From Candidatus Poribacteria bacterium (GTDB lineage Bacteria; Poribacteria; WGA-4E; JAJDTR01): DNA of 64,000 bases. Below are positions 9,994 through 20,834 of the stretch, piece by piece. The notes beneath the pieces are model-generated. The model was not told the DNA's origin, searched no databases, and worked only from the letters and a program-made list of their open reading frames with translations. Where the stretch lies: the NCBI GenBank assembly GCA_965222225.1, contig CBDCTK010000002.1:4704001-4768000 (forward strand), read 5' to 3'. A program made the translations under genes and the position numbers. Within the stretch, counting starts at the first letter, position 1. Each line of letters begins with the position of its first letter.

Positions 9994-10572
9994 TTATGAG
10001 GCATCCTGAACCATGTTGGCAAGCTCTGCGGCGAGTGATGACCACCACGACTCACCGGCTTGAATACGCAACAGATGTGTGTTGCCCGGTACGTCGTTTG
10101 CTCCCAACCCGCGCTCGATAATCTGCGTGTGTGAATCCAGCTCCAGCCACTTGGCAAGGCTACCTTCCAATCGTTCAGGCGAGCGAATGATGTAAAGACC
10201 CACAATCTCCGCCGCATCCAAGTCCAAGAGGAAATCAATATTCCAGAACAAGGTCTTGCCCTGTTTCGGGAGCAGATTCCCATGTCCCAAACTGCACTTG
10301 GCAAACTGTTCCAACATTATTCCTCGGATCCGGTGCGGCTGGCTGTCGCCACTGCGCGTTGCGTGCCGAATAAGCCGCCTAGCCAATGAAGTCGCGCCTT
10401 TCTCCGAGAGTGCGGAGCCGACGTAGGCATAGTCCCCGGCGGGCAGTGAAATTAGTTTCCCTTTCTTGAAGCGTCCGAATTGTAATGAGGTGTCTTCTTT
10501 GAGGTGAATCCGCAGGACATACGTTCCTGCCTGTGATTCATCGCCGATGAGAACGATAGGAGGGATTTTCAT
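9994..10572 (-). CDS. GIY-YIG nuclease family protein (DUF123-like)
   Basis: GTYVL...YAYVGSA...RLIRH...WNIDFLL...E. Confidence 0.8.
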   Translation of the reverse strand: MKIPPIVLIGDESQAGTYVLRIHLKEDTSLQFGRFKKGKLISLPAGDYAYVGSALSEKGATSLARRLIRHATRSGDSQPHRIRGIMLEQFAKCSLGHGNLLPKQGKTLFWNIDFLLDLDAAEIVGLYIIRSPERLEGSLAKWLELDSHTQIIERGLGANDVPGNTHLLRIQAGESWWSSLAAELANMVQDAS

Positions 10573-10596
10573 TGAATCACCGAATCCGTGATAGAT

Positions 10597-11426
10597 TCAT
10601 TTTCTTCTATGCACCTCAATCCAATCCACAGCAAAATCTACCACCTCACGCTGTGGCATGAGTTGGCAATCTGCTAGACCAACCCTCCCTTGGTGAACCA
10701 CGTTTCCTGCATCGGAATTCACAAAGGCGTCGCCGATGCGCTCAAAATCAGAAGCGTCCAAGTCTACATTGTCGAAGGTGGTCCAAGTCCTCACACCCGA
10801 CGTGAAAATTGGCGCGCCTTCCTGCACGATGTGTTTGGTTGGATAAGTCGCCCGATATTCTGCGAGGTGCAGAGACGAATTGCGTTCATGGCCGACGCCG
10901 AGGAGAAGCACATGGCCGCCCAAATCGTAGACTCTGGCAAGTGGTGATCCTTCGCCCATGCCAAATGTCAGGGAATGATTGTCCGTGATTTCCTTCGCGT
11001 TGGCTCCAAACGCACAGAACGAAACATGCGGGTGCGCGCTGCGGAGGACTCCGCTTTGCTTTCGGAAGGTTTCAGCAATAATCCCCATTGAGCGAGTCGG
11101 GGTCAAATCCGGACGGTAGGCTGGCATCGTCTCACGTATGATGCGCCACCATGACTCGGAGACTGGCGGGCTCTCCCATCGTCCCGGATCGCTTAGGCCT
11201 GTTGAGTGGGCAGGCATCACAAGCGTTCCGGCGGAGCCCACAAAACGTGCTGAAGGGCAATGATGACGGCTACTGGTCCGCCACACACCCACCCCATGGC
11301 GCTCAGGGAGGAATGAACCAACAGCACCATCCCCGCTTCAACGCCAAGGGCGCTGAAATCCGTCTGCAGCGAATCGGCCGTCGCGGGCACCTCTGTTTTC
11401 TGGATAGCCGCATGTTCAGTTGTCAC
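10597..11426 (-). pseudogene. AAC(3)/YokD-family N-acetyltransferase split by a frameshift near 11240
   Basis: 5' part LVHSSLSAMGWVCGG; 3' part GTLVMP, MGIIAETFR, RSAHPHVSF, NSSLHLAE, in different frames. Confidence 0.85.
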
Positions 11427-12439
11427 GGCGTTCGGAACACATAACTCACAATCATTACAGCGAGATAAGTGGCAATCAGCACAACTCCGAAAGGTCGTTT
11501 CAGTGTATCACCGGAGGTGAAGATACCGACCCGAAAGACGACCAAGATAAACAACATTGCTGGGAAAAGGATGCGGAAGAAGTGACCTGAAGCTACCAGG
11601 CCTCCACTCGTCACAGCGGCTGATGCCCCGGCGACAAAGAGCACATTGAGAATGTCGGCACCGATGACATTTCCGACTGCCAATTCACCGTGCCCACTTC
11701 TGGCGGCAGTAACCGCAGTAACGAGCTCGGGAAGTGAGGTCCCAAACGCCACAATCGTCGCCGCGATAATACTTGGGGGAACGTGAAGTTGTATGGCAGT
11801 TTCTTTCGCGGTGGGTATAAGAATCCATGAGGACGCCACGACGACTGCAATGGCAAACACCAGCTTGGCGAGCACGAAAAACGCGTTGGAATTGCTTTCG
11901 GCTGATTCTACCTCCTCGGCGACCGAATCTTGATTCGCATTGCGAGCCCATCGAATCGACTGCCACAGGTAGGCGACTAGGAGTATCAAAAACGCGAAAC
12001 CCATGAATTGCGGGAGATGCCTTCCGTCTGTGCCGACAAAAAGGCAGGAAACAACCAGAAGAACACCTGCACTGAGTTGCAGCCAACCTTGACGGTTCAC
12101 AATCGTTCGGTTAAGCGTCAGGGGAGCGATTAAGGCGGCGGTACCAAGTATCAGTCCCGTGTCGCAGATGATTGAACCAACCGCGTTTCCCAAGGCGAGA
12201 TCTGGCGTACCCTTGATTGCCGCAAGAACCGAGACAGAGGCTTCGGGAGTTGTTGTTCCCAAACTGACGATAGTCGCACCAATCAGTACTTTGGGAATTC
12301 CCCAGCGCACGGACAAGATTACGGCTTCCTCAACGAGCCAGTCCGCCCCTTTGCTTAGAGTGTAGAGGGTAACGGCGATGACAATGAAGAGAGCGTACAA
12401 AGGCAGGTTTTCTATGATGCGGTGAATCATCTCTTCCAT
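11423..12439 (-). CDS. Calcium/sodium antiporter (YrbG-like); start probably ATG 12439
   Basis: Two alpha repeats: IGATIVSLGTTTPE...GNAVGS and AFGTSLPE...GNVIGAD. Confidence 0.92.
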   Translation of the reverse strand: MEEMIHRIIENLPLYALFIVIAVTLYTLSKGADWLVEEAVILSVRWGIPKVLIGATIVSLGTTTPEASVSVLAAIKGTPDLALGNAVGSIICDTGLILGTAALIAPLTLNRTIVNRQGWLQLSAGVLLVVSCLFVGTDGRHLPQFMGFAFLILLVAYLWQSIRWARNANQDSVAEEVESAESNSNAFFVLAKLVFAIAVVVASSWILIPTAKETAIQLHVPPSIIAATIVAFGTSLPELVTAVTAARSGHGELAVGNVIGADILNVLFVAGASAAVTSGGLVASGHFFRILFPAMLFILVVFRVGIFTSGDTLKRPFGVVLIATYLAVMIVSYVFRTP

Positions 12440-13941
12440 CACGCACCTCCATTCACATGACAAATCGCACGGTCTAGTCTATGCAACACCTTGTCTCTGC
12501 CTAGTAAGGCGATAATTTCAAATAGACCTGGCCCATAAGAAACCCCGGTAAGAGCGATTCGCAAAGGCTGCATGGCTTGGACACGCTTGACGCCGTTATT
12601 GTCTGTATATTTCCAGATTGCGGATTCAACCTCTTCAAGGTTGAGCGTCTTGAGGGACTCCATCACATCGCGCAAGCCTTGCAGTATGCCAAGCACCGAA
12701 TCCTTCTTCCACCATTTCTTAACCGCCTTCGGGTCATACTCAAAGCTGTCGACAAAGAAATAACTCGTCTGCGCAACGATGTCTGCTAATGTCGTGAGCC
12801 GATCCCCTACCGATTCAACAATGTTCTCTAGCCAAGCCCTGCGGGTTGGCGTAAGGTCAGTCTTCAATAATAATCCCTCCTGTTGTAAGAAAGGAATCAC
12901 GGCATCGGTCCGTGTCGCTATATCCATGTCCATAATGTAGTGTCCATTTAACCATTGTAATTTCTGGATGTCGAAGACACTGTTGGTCTTTCCAACCCGT
13001 CCCAAGTCAAACTTCTCTATTAGCCCATCAATTGAGAAGATTTCCGTCTTATCATCATAAGACCAGCCTAGCCGCACCAAAAAATTGATTACTGCCTCCG
13101 GAAGATATCCATCCTGCCGGTACTTTCCCACAGAGACAAGATCTCCGTGACGCCGCTTGCTGAGTTTTTCACCCTTTGCGCTATTGAGCACAAGCGGGAC
13201 ATGCGCGAATTGAGGCGGCTTCATACCCAGCGCCCGAAAGATTAAAACCTGCTTCGGCATATTGTTGACGTGATCCGCGCCTCGGATAACATGCGTAATC
13301 CCCATTTCCAGATCATCAACCGTCGATGTCAGATTGTATAGCGGTGATCCGTTCGATTTCACAATCACTTCATCTTGGAGTGCGTCCGCTTCAACTCTAA
13401 TATCGCCAAGAATCAAGTCTTCCACCGTAATCGGCTCAGGGGGAACTTTGAGTCGTACAACCGGTCTGCGTCCCTCTGCTTCCAATCTCTGACAATCTGC
13501 GGGCGTCAAGTTGCGGCATTTGCCCGTATAGGTCTGATCTCGCTTTTCAGCCCTTGCCTGTTCGCGCATCTCCGCCAATTCTTCCGGCGAACAGTAACAA
13601 CGATAGGCGTTGCCGTTATCCAGCAGTTGTCTCACATATTCCTGGTAAATCACATTTCGCTCAGATTGAACGTAAGGCGCATGCGATCCTCCGACAGTTG
13701 CACCTTCATCCCACTCAAGGCCAAGCCACTTTAGCGATTCGTAGATTTCTTGCATCGATTCTTTGGTCGATCGCTGTTCGTCCGTATCATCGATTCTAAG
13801 GACGAACGTGCCTCCATGATGCCTTGCAAAAAGCCAGTTGAATAGCGCTGTTCTCGCCGAGCCAATGTGGAGAAATCCTGTTGGCGAGGGTGCGAATCGC
13901 ACCCGGACTGGTGAATCTTCCATCATAGTAATCGAAATCAA
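12439..13941 (-). CDS. gltX: Glutamate--tRNA ligase
   Basis: RFAPSPTGFLHIG, CYC...C zinc region, KLSKR. Confidence 0.97.
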   Translation of the reverse strand: MISITMMEDSPVRVRFAPSPTGFLHIGSARTALFNWLFARHHGGTFVLRIDDTDEQRSTKESMQEIYESLKWLGLEWDEGATVGGSHAPYVQSERNVIYQEYVRQLLDNGNAYRCYCSPEELAEMREQARAEKRDQTYTGKCRNLTPADCQRLEAEGRRPVVRLKVPPEPITVEDLILGDIRVEADALQDEVIVKSNGSPLYNLTSTVDDLEMGITHVIRGADHVNNMPKQVLIFRALGMKPPQFAHVPLVLNSAKGEKLSKRRHGDLVSVGKYRQDGYLPEAVINFLVRLGWSYDDKTEIFSIDGLIEKFDLGRVGKTNSVFDIQKLQWLNGHYIMDMDIATRTDAVIPFLQQEGLLLKTDLTPTRRAWLENIVESVGDRLTTLADIVAQTSYFFVDSFEYDPKAVKKWWKKDSVLGILQGLRDVMESLKTLNLEEVESAIWKYTDNNGVKRVQAMQPLRIALTGVSYGPGLFEIIALLGRDKVLHRLDRAICHVNGGA

Positions 13942-13989
13942 CTCCCTTTGTATTGTATGTACGTATCCTAAACCACCAGAATTTTAATT

Positions 13990-15744
13990 TTATGAAGTGT
14001 GCTTCTGTGTTTTCTGAATCTTCGCCCACGTATCTCGAAGTGTTACCGTCCGATTGAACACCGGCTTGTTGTCAGAAGAGTCGAGATCTACACAGAAATA
14101 ACCCCTCCGAAGGAATTGGTAGTAGCTGCCAAGTTTTGCGTCAGCAAGGCTTGGCTCAACTCTAGCTGAATCCAGTATCTGCAACGAATTGAGGTTGAGA
14201 TAATCAGTAAAATCGCGTCCCTCCTCAACGTCGTTAGGATTTTCCTTGCTGAATAGGTGTTCATACAGGCGCACTTCAGCCTCAATAGCGTGGGGAGCAG
14301 AGACCCAATGTAACGTGCCGCGGACTTTACGGCCGTCTTCAGACCAACCCCCGTGAGTCGTCGGATCGTAGGTGCAGTGGACTTCGACGATCTCACCGGT
14401 ATTTTCATCCTTAACGACACGCTCGCATTTGACGTAATAGGCGTGTTTGAGACGCACCTCACGTCCCGGCGCCAGACGAAAATACTTCTTTGGCGGATCT
14501 TCCATAAAGTCCTCGCGTTCAATATAGAGTTCCCGCGAGAAAGGGATTTTACGCGATCCCATCGTCGCATCTTCCGGATTGTTTTCAGCCTCTAGAAATT
14601 CGACCTCTCCTTCCGGGTAGTTGTCAATAACGACTTTAAGCGGATCTAACACTGCCATGACACGCAGTGCACGCTTGTTGAGATCTTGACGGAGGCAATA
14701 TTCGAGTAATGAAATTTCGACTAGATTATCGGCTTTTGCAATTCCAATCCGTCTGCAAAAGTCTCGGATAGCCTCCGCGGTGTAGCCACCTCGGCGTAAG
14801 CCCGCTAACGTAGGCATCCGGGGATCATCCCACCCGTTAACATACCCATCTTCCACTAATTGAATCAGTTTTCGTTTACCGAGTACGGTATGGGTAAGAT
14901 ATAATTTCGCAAACTCAATCTGTTGCGGGTGATAGATATCCAACTGATTGAGGAACCAGTCGTATAGAGGACGATTGATTTCAAATTCAAGAGAGCACAA
15001 AGAATGCGTAATACCCTCAATAGAGTCTGAAATACAGTGCGTAAAGTCGTACATGGGGTAAATGCACCACTCATCGCCTGTATTGTGATGCGTCGCGTAA
15101 AGAATTCGATACATCACGGGATCACGCATGACCAAATTGGGGGATGCCATGTTAATTTTTGCTCTGAGAGTGCGAGTCCCCTCTTCAAATTCTCCTTTTC
15201 TCATGCGCTCAAACAGGTCAAGGTTTTCTTCTACGGAGCGGTTACGAAACGGACTATCCACTCCCGGCTCGGTCAATGTCCCCCGATATTTGCCGTAGCT
15301 AATCTCTACTGCCGTTAGGTCACAAACATAAGCTACGCCCTTTTTGATTAACTGCACGGCATACTGGTAGAGTTGCTTGAAGTAATCTGACGCATAGAAC
15401 TCGCGATCTGCCCAATCGAAGCCAAGCCACCGAATGTCCTCTTTGATCGACTCCACGTACTCAACATCTTCCTTGGTGGGATTCGTGTCATCGAATCGTA
15501 GGTTGTAGAGTCCACTGTAGTCTTCTGCGATTCCGAAGTTGATGCAAATGGCTTTTGCGCTTCCAAGGTGTATATAGCCGTTCGGCTCGGGCGGGAACCG
15601 CGTATGCACTTGACCGCCGTGTTTATCCGTCTTTAGATCTTCCTTAATTATTTGTCGGATAAAGTCAGTGGGCGCCGCAGAAGAACCAACAGAGTTGTCT
15701 TTGTTGTCAACCCCGCCTTCTTTTGCGGTCGTTTCATGTGTCAT
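13990..15744 (-). CDS. glnS: Glutamine--tRNA ligase
   Basis: [45 protein letters not shown]. Confidence 0.96.
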   Translation of the reverse strand: MTHETTAKEGGVDNKDNSVGSSAAPTDFIRQIIKEDLKTDKHGGQVHTRFPPEPNGYIHLGSAKAICINFGIAEDYSGLYNLRFDDTNPTKEDVEYVESIKEDIRWLGFDWADREFYASDYFKQLYQYAVQLIKKGVAYVCDLTAVEISYGKYRGTLTEPGVDSPFRNRSVEENLDLFERMRKGEFEEGTRTLRAKINMASPNLVMRDPVMYRILYATHHNTGDEWCIYPMYDFTHCISDSIEGITHSLCSLEFEINRPLYDWFLNQLDIYHPQQIEFAKLYLTHTVLGKRKLIQLVEDGYVNGWDDPRMPTLAGLRRGGYTAEAIRDFCRRIGIAKADNLVEISLLEYCLRQDLNKRALRVMAVLDPLKVVIDNYPEGEVEFLEAENNPEDATMGSRKIPFSRELYIEREDFMEDPPKKYFRLAPGREVRLKHAYYVKCERVVKDENTGEIVEVHCTYDPTTHGGWSEDGRKVRGTLHWVSAPHAIEAEVRLYEHLFSKENPNDVEEGRDFTDYLNLNSLQILDSARVEPSLADAKLGSYYQFLRRGYFCVDLDSSDNKPVFNRTVTLRDTWAKIQKTQKHTS

Positions 15745-15881
15745 TGATTCTCTCCTCTAGATGGCGAAAAGCGTTCCGTTCAAGCCTTTCAATTGACCAA
15801 GCCGCTGTCAAGAGATTGATTGGGATTCATACAGCCCGGTCTGTTTTTTATACGTTTGTTGGTGACACTAGGTGATATAAC

Positions 15882-15910
15882 ATTATACCACAGGCATTGC
15901 GGGAAGTCAC
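15882..15910 (-). promoter_or_regulatory. Putative sigma-70 promoter for glnS-gltX
   Basis: Minus strand GTGACT-N17-TATAAT with TGn extension. Confidence 0.6.
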
Positions 15911-15997
15911 GCAAGACCTTTGGGGAATCCCAAGTAGAGCTATCGGGAGGATACGAATCGTACCTGTACAGAGATTCATTTGCACCAAACACAGCGC

Positions 15998-16026
15998 TTG
16001 ATAGATTGGGGCGGGTGTGTTATAAT
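15998..16026 (+). promoter_or_regulatory. Putative sigma-70 promoter for the S8 protease
   Basis: TTGATA-N17-TATAAT with TGn extension, ~80 nt upstream of ATG 16109. Confidence 0.7.
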
Positions 16027-16108
16027 CCGCGGCGATTACCTCGCCTAGTCTAATCACATGATGTCATCGCGCGTCTAACAGAAACCTTTTTGCGGAGAAA
16101 CATTCCTT

Positions 16109-19100
16109 ATGTCACGAAAATTAATTATTGTATTTTTCATCATCATAGGCACAATCTGCAGTTTTGAGAGTATTGCCCAGTTTTTTCCGGACGCGGCAGT
16201 CCAAACCTCGCTTCACAAACTAGACTCCGTATTAAAACCGCTTGTCATGAGACACCCAAGCACTCCTCAGAAAGGGTATGCCTCCCCGTTCATACATTAC
16301 TCTGAATGGTATGGTACGGATGTAATCAAAGTGATGCTATTAATGTCGGACTCGCCGCACACACTTCGCACTCTCGGTGTGGAGTTGCAATCGGTTATTC
16401 GATTGAACTATCATTCGCACGGTTTCTTGGTCACAGCGGATCTCCCTGTTGATTTACTACCCGAAGTTGCAAATATGCGGAATGTAACCTATATTCACGC
16501 TGCCCGGCAGGCTAAATTGGCTGCTCCTACCTTAGATATAAGTGCTCTCGCTACCGGCGCGAATCAGGTATGGGAAAGCAATCCCACCTATACCGGGAAG
16601 AATGTCGTCGTCGGCATCATTGATACGGGCATTGATTGGTCCCACGAAGATTTTAAGAATCCGGACGGTAGTTCGAGAATCTTGTGGATCTGGGATCAGA
16701 CCCAGACAGCAACAGGTCAAGTCCCTCAAGATTTTGGATATGGGACAGAATGGACGCAAATGCAGATTAACGAGGGAACACCGAATCAGAACGACTATGA
16801 TGGACACGGCACTCACATCGCTTCGATTGCCGCCGGTAACGGCAGAGGTACGGGCGTGCAACGCTCCGCTCCGAGATTTGTGGGGATGGCGCCCGAGGCA
16901 GACATCATCGTGGTGAAATCCTACCTATTCGAGAATGAGGTGTTGGATGCAGCGCGCTATATCTTTGAAAAAGCGGATTCGCTTGGAAAACCGGCGGTGG
17001 TAAACATGAGTTTCGCATACCAGATAGGACCGCACGATGGGCGGACGCTTTTGGAACAGGGGTTGAATCAACTTGTTGAAGAAACGTCCGGCAGGGCAAT
17101 TGTTGCGAGCGCGGGGAACAGAGGGGAGAGTACAATCCATGCCGGAGCAGTTCTATTGCCTCCGGATGGAGAAAACTATCCAAAGCTAATTCCGGTGCCA
17201 GATTTTAATGACTCTAGCACGTATGTGAACATCTGGTATTCATCCAAGGATTCCATTTCCGTGCGGGTGAAAGTCCCGGGAACCAATCGGGGAGAAACAG
17301 TCGATTTTGAGTGGGTGCCGCCCGGACAGGTGGATACTTTTGATATCCCGAAAGGCCCGTGGGAAGGCGCGACGTTGATTGTCGATTCTCAACAGCAACA
17401 TCCCCTCTATCCGGATCTCTCCTTCATCGTCATTTGGCTTTGGAATGGCGGTGACATAAGCCTGCCACTCGATCGGTACGAAATGACGATCGAGCTTGAT
17501 GGACCAGAAGTCGCATTCGACGCTTACTATTTTTCCGGCCAAATCGACGGCGGGTTCAGAACAGACAGTCCTGACACATGGCTAATCCCGGGCGATGCCA
17601 ATAAAACCATCGCCATGCCGTCCACGGCAAGAGGTGTCATCAGTGTCACCTCCTTTGTCACACGAAACGACTGGGTGGACAGATTTGGCTTCAGTAGGGT
17701 GGTTGATGCAACTGTGGGCGAAATTTCTAGCATATCCAGTATCGGACCAAGTCGTGATGAGGAAAAAAAGCCCAATCTCGCTGCACCGGGAGAGATGATT
17801 GTTGGAGCTCTCGCCGGACGGAGTTGGGGATATCCGCCATTGGTTATTGAAGATCAAAGTCATATCGCGCTCCGCGGATCAAGCGTTGCTGCTGCACATG
17901 TCACAGGTGCGGTGGCACTCATGCTGCAGCAAGAACCGGGGAGAACGGTGGGAGAGTTACAACGGCTTCTGATTGAACGTGCTGTCGATCGCGGCGATCC
18001 GGGCTGGGACAGACATTGGGGGGCGGGGCAACTGAATATCCTGGCATCATTGGACGTTCCTGCAGTCCCACAGGGCTTTACCGCTGTTGCTGAAGATGGA
18101 TCGGTGCGTTTAAGTTGGATGGCAAATTTTGAATCCAACATCGCCGGGTATAGGCTTTACATCTCTGACCAGATACTTGACCTTGGTAATGTCGAGACCT
18201 TTAGGTTAACAGACCTCCAGAACGGTGTACCAATCGTAGTTTCGTTAAGCGTATTTAACACTGCTGGGAATGAGAGCGCCAAGACCAGGGCTCTGATTGT
18301 TATCCCAACAGCGAATCCGTCCGGAGAAGACACCACTTCTCCAACTCCCCCCACGGGTTTGATTGCGACACCTGCGGATGGAGTGGTTGGACTAAGCTGG
18401 ACAGCGAACCCGGAGCCGGACGTTGCCGGTTATATAGTTTTGTTTGGTGGTACTCCCGGAGAGTATTTTGCGCTCTTTGAGGCGCAAGATCAAACCTTTA
18501 TTCAAGTAACGGGAGCAGACAATGATGTGCCCCTCTATGCTGCCGTTGCTGCTTTTGATTCGGCCGGAAATTTGAGCGAACCCTCTGAAGAAGTAGAAGT
18601 CACTCCCACGGCGCAAGATTTCACATTTATTCCCGACCAAGAAGGATGGCCGCTTCAAACAGAGAGCGAGGTGTTTTCCTCACCGGTGCTCGTCGACCTT
18701 GATGGAGACGGCACGCTTGAGATTATTGTAGGTTCTAAGGATGGCTTGCTCCAAGTTTGGAATCATGACGGCTCACCAGTTGCCGGTTGGCCGCAAGATA
18801 CCGATGGCGAACTGATAGCCACTCCATCGGTGGGCGACCTAGACGCAGATGGCAGTCTCGAAATTGTGCTACCGGTCGAGCAACGAGTTTATATCTTTCG
18901 CGCCGATGGCACACCTTTCAACGCGGAATGGCCAAAACGCTTCAGGAGTCGCATTGTCGCCGCGGCTACCCTCACTGATCTCGACAAAGATTTTGACAAA
19001 GAAATAATTATTGTTACCAAAACGGATGGCGTGCATGTACTTCATCATGACGGAGACGACCTTGACGGGTGGCCACAGGAAATAGAGGATTACGGCTTAT

Positions 19101-20560
19101 CCCCGGCGGCAGTAGGCGATCTAAACCGAGACGCTTCGCTAGAGCTTGTTGTCACGACGAGTGGTGCCAATGTATACGCATGGGAAGCCGATGGTACCGC
19201 ATTGGAGGGATGGCCAATTGAACCACGGCCAGGAACCGGAGCTAACGCGCCGCCGGTTCTGGCAGACATGAACTCCGATGGACTTTTGGAAATTATCGTG
19301 ATGTTCAGGAACGGGAGTATCTATGTTCTTTCTCAGAAAGGTGAAGTCCGAGACGGATGGCCCCAGCGGATAGGATATACACCATATGCGGCACCGGCGG
19401 TCGGCGATTTGAACAGTGATGGGCAGCTTGAGATCATCGCTGGCGATTTGGGTACTTCAAGCATAGTCGCTTTTAATGAAGACGGTACATTGGCGCCGGG
19501 ATGGCCAATTTCAATTTTCGGATCGACGGTTACATCGATTCCTGTACTAGGAGACATAAACGGTGATGACGAAATTGAGGTCGTCGTTGCAACCAACTGG
19601 GGAAGTTTCTTTGGACAATTACACGCCTTCAGTTCCGGCGGTGTCGAACTGGACGGTTGGCCCCTGATTACCACGGGAAATCTGCAATCGTCACCAGCCA
19701 TCGGCGACCTTGACAATGACGGTGATATCGAACTATGCATCGGCTCTCTGCGCGCGCCCGACGAGGATGCATTTATTCCTGGCGCGGTGTACATCTGGGA
19801 TTTGGAAGGGCAATCCGCGGATGCGCCGATTGAGTGGGGCATGTTTCAGGCAAATCCGGAACACACCGGTGTTTACGTCAACAACCTCCCGCCGCCAAAC
19901 GTGTTCGCGGCGTTTACGGGTAAGCGTGAATTCAATCAGATTCGTCTGAACTGGACAACTCAGGGAGAATACGGCAATCTGGGCTGGCGAATCTACCGCG
20001 GCGAGATGCCGGACGGGGAGTTTAAACCCCTCATTGACGCATACCGGTCAACAATTGACCGCCCGGTTGAGGTGTTGGTAAAAGGCAGAGGATACAGTAA
20101 CTCCGAACGCGATTATGTCTTCTTTGACGAGGACACATCTCCGCTTAAATCCTATTCCTATTATCTGGAGAACAGAGGGCTATTGGGCAGAATCAGCCTT
20201 TCACCGATTGTCACAATTGAGGGCTTGAAAGCCGTCACCATTGGTGGACTCAAGACCGAACTTTATCAGAGTTTCCCCAATCCCGGCAACCCCGAAACGT
20301 GGCTTCCCTTTGCACTTGGAGCCACCGCGAACGTTTCGGTTGCCATACGCAGCACTTCAGGCGAGTTAGTAAGGAAACTGGATTTGGGAGAGAGGCCCGC
20401 AGGACTGTATTCCACCAAGTCAAACGCGGGGCATTGGGACGGTCAAAACGAGCTAGGTGAAACAGTCGCCAGTGGTATCTACTACTACACATTTACGATT
20501 TCCGACCGCGACGCCTCCCACGCGCAGGAGATGACGCGGCGGTTAGTAATTCTGAAATAG
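16109..20560 (+). CDS. Secreted S8 subtilase with two FN3 domains, FG-GAP repeats and a FlgD-Ig/T9SS-like C-terminal domain
   Basis: Signal peptide; catalytic IIDTG, GHGTH, GSSVAA; FN3 (WTANPEPDVAGY); repeated GWP...P.VGDLxxDGxLEI; FPNPGNPETW...WDGQNELGETVASGIY...RLVILK. Confidence 0.92.
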   Translation: MSRKLIIVFFIIIGTICSFESIAQFFPDAAVQTSLHKLDSVLKPLVMRHPSTPQKGYASPFIHYSEWYGTDVIKVMLLMSDSPHTLRTLGVELQSVIRLNYHSHGFLVTADLPVDLLPEVANMRNVTYIHAARQAKLAAPTLDISALATGANQVWESNPTYTGKNVVVGIIDTGIDWSHEDFKNPDGSSRILWIWDQTQTATGQVPQDFGYGTEWTQMQINEGTPNQNDYDGHGTHIASIAAGNGRGTGVQRSAPRFVGMAPEADIIVVKSYLFENEVLDAARYIFEKADSLGKPAVVNMSFAYQIGPHDGRTLLEQGLNQLVEETSGRAIVASAGNRGESTIHAGAVLLPPDGENYPKLIPVPDFNDSSTYVNIWYSSKDSISVRVKVPGTNRGETVDFEWVPPGQVDTFDIPKGPWEGATLIVDSQQQHPLYPDLSFIVIWLWNGGDISLPLDRYEMTIELDGPEVAFDAYYFSGQIDGGFRTDSPDTWLIPGDANKTIAMPSTARGVISVTSFVTRNDWVDRFGFSRVVDATVGEISSISSIGPSRDEEKKPNLAAPGEMIVGALAGRSWGYPPLVIEDQSHIALRGSSVAAAHVTGAVALMLQQEPGRTVGELQRLLIERAVDRGDPGWDRHWGAGQLNILASLDVPAVPQGFTAVAEDGSVRLSWMANFESNIAGYRLYISDQILDLGNVETFRLTDLQNGVPIVVSLSVFNTAGNESAKTRALIVIPTANPSGEDTTSPTPPTGLIATPADGVVGLSWTANPEPDVAGYIVLFGGTPGEYFALFEAQDQTFIQVTGADNDVPLYAAVAAFDSAGNLSEPSEEVEVTPTAQDFTFIPDQEGWPLQTESEVFSSPVLVDLDGDGTLEIIVGSKDGLLQVWNHDGSPVAGWPQDTDGELIATPSVGDLDADGSLEIVLPVEQRVYIFRADGTPFNAEWPKRFRSRIVAAATLTDLDKDFDKEIIIVTKTDGVHVLHHDGDDLDGWPQEIEDYGLSPAAVGDLNRDASLELVVTTSGANVYAWEADGTALEGWPIEPRPGTGANAPPVLADMNSDGLLEIIVMFRNGSIYVLSQKGEVRDGWPQRIGYTPYAAPAVGDLNSDGQLEIIAGDLGTSSIVAFNEDGTLAPGWPISIFGSTVTSIPVLGDINGDDEIEVVVATNWGSFFGQLHAFSSGGVELDGWPLITTGNLQSSPAIGDLDNDGDIELCIGSLRAPDEDAFIPGAVYIWDLEGQSADAPIEWGMFQANPEHTGVYVNNLPPPNVFAAFTGKREFNQIRLNWTTQGEYGNLGWRIYRGEMPDGEFKPLIDAYRSTIDRPVEVLVKGRGYSNSERDYVFFDEDTSPLKSYSYYLENRGLLGRISLSPIVTIEGLKAVTIGGLKTELYQSFPNPGNPETWLPFALGATANVSVAIRSTSGELVRKLDLGERPAGLYSTKSNAGHWDGQNELGETVASGIYYYTFTISDRDASHAQEMTRRLVILK

Positions 20561-20606
20561 TCTAATGGTCAGGCAGATGGAAGACACTCATAGCTGTTTC
20601 CCGATC

Positions 20607-20630
20607 GGCTTGGATTGCCACATCCAAGCC
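20607..20630. terminator. Stem-loop between convergent genes
   Basis: GGCTTGGAT-tgccac-ATCCAAGCC, perfect 9-bp stem, weak U-tail. Confidence 0.4.
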
Positions 20631-20834
20631 TTGACCGATGAACTCCTCAATCCGCGGGAGCGGTACGTCGTGCACACTATCTCGTTGACTAATACAGTAA
20701 TTCTGAACTAGTGAGTTGAGGACGCAGATATTCTGGGATACAGCACCATCTAGAGAACCAAGTTCAGAGAAACACTCACTTTCTTTGCACGCGTAGCCAA
20801 GTCACACTGTCGGACGACTCTCACGGCTCGTCAG

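Noticed and set aside
10597-11426. Functional aminoglycoside resistance gene
   Set aside because: The gene is frameshifted, and the YokD/AAC(3) family includes many members with no resistance role.
20545-20713. Short direct repeat agtaattctgaa(a/c)tagt at the protease 3' end and ~150 nt downstream
   Set aside because: Only ~17 nt with no further similarity; cannot distinguish an att-like scar from chance.
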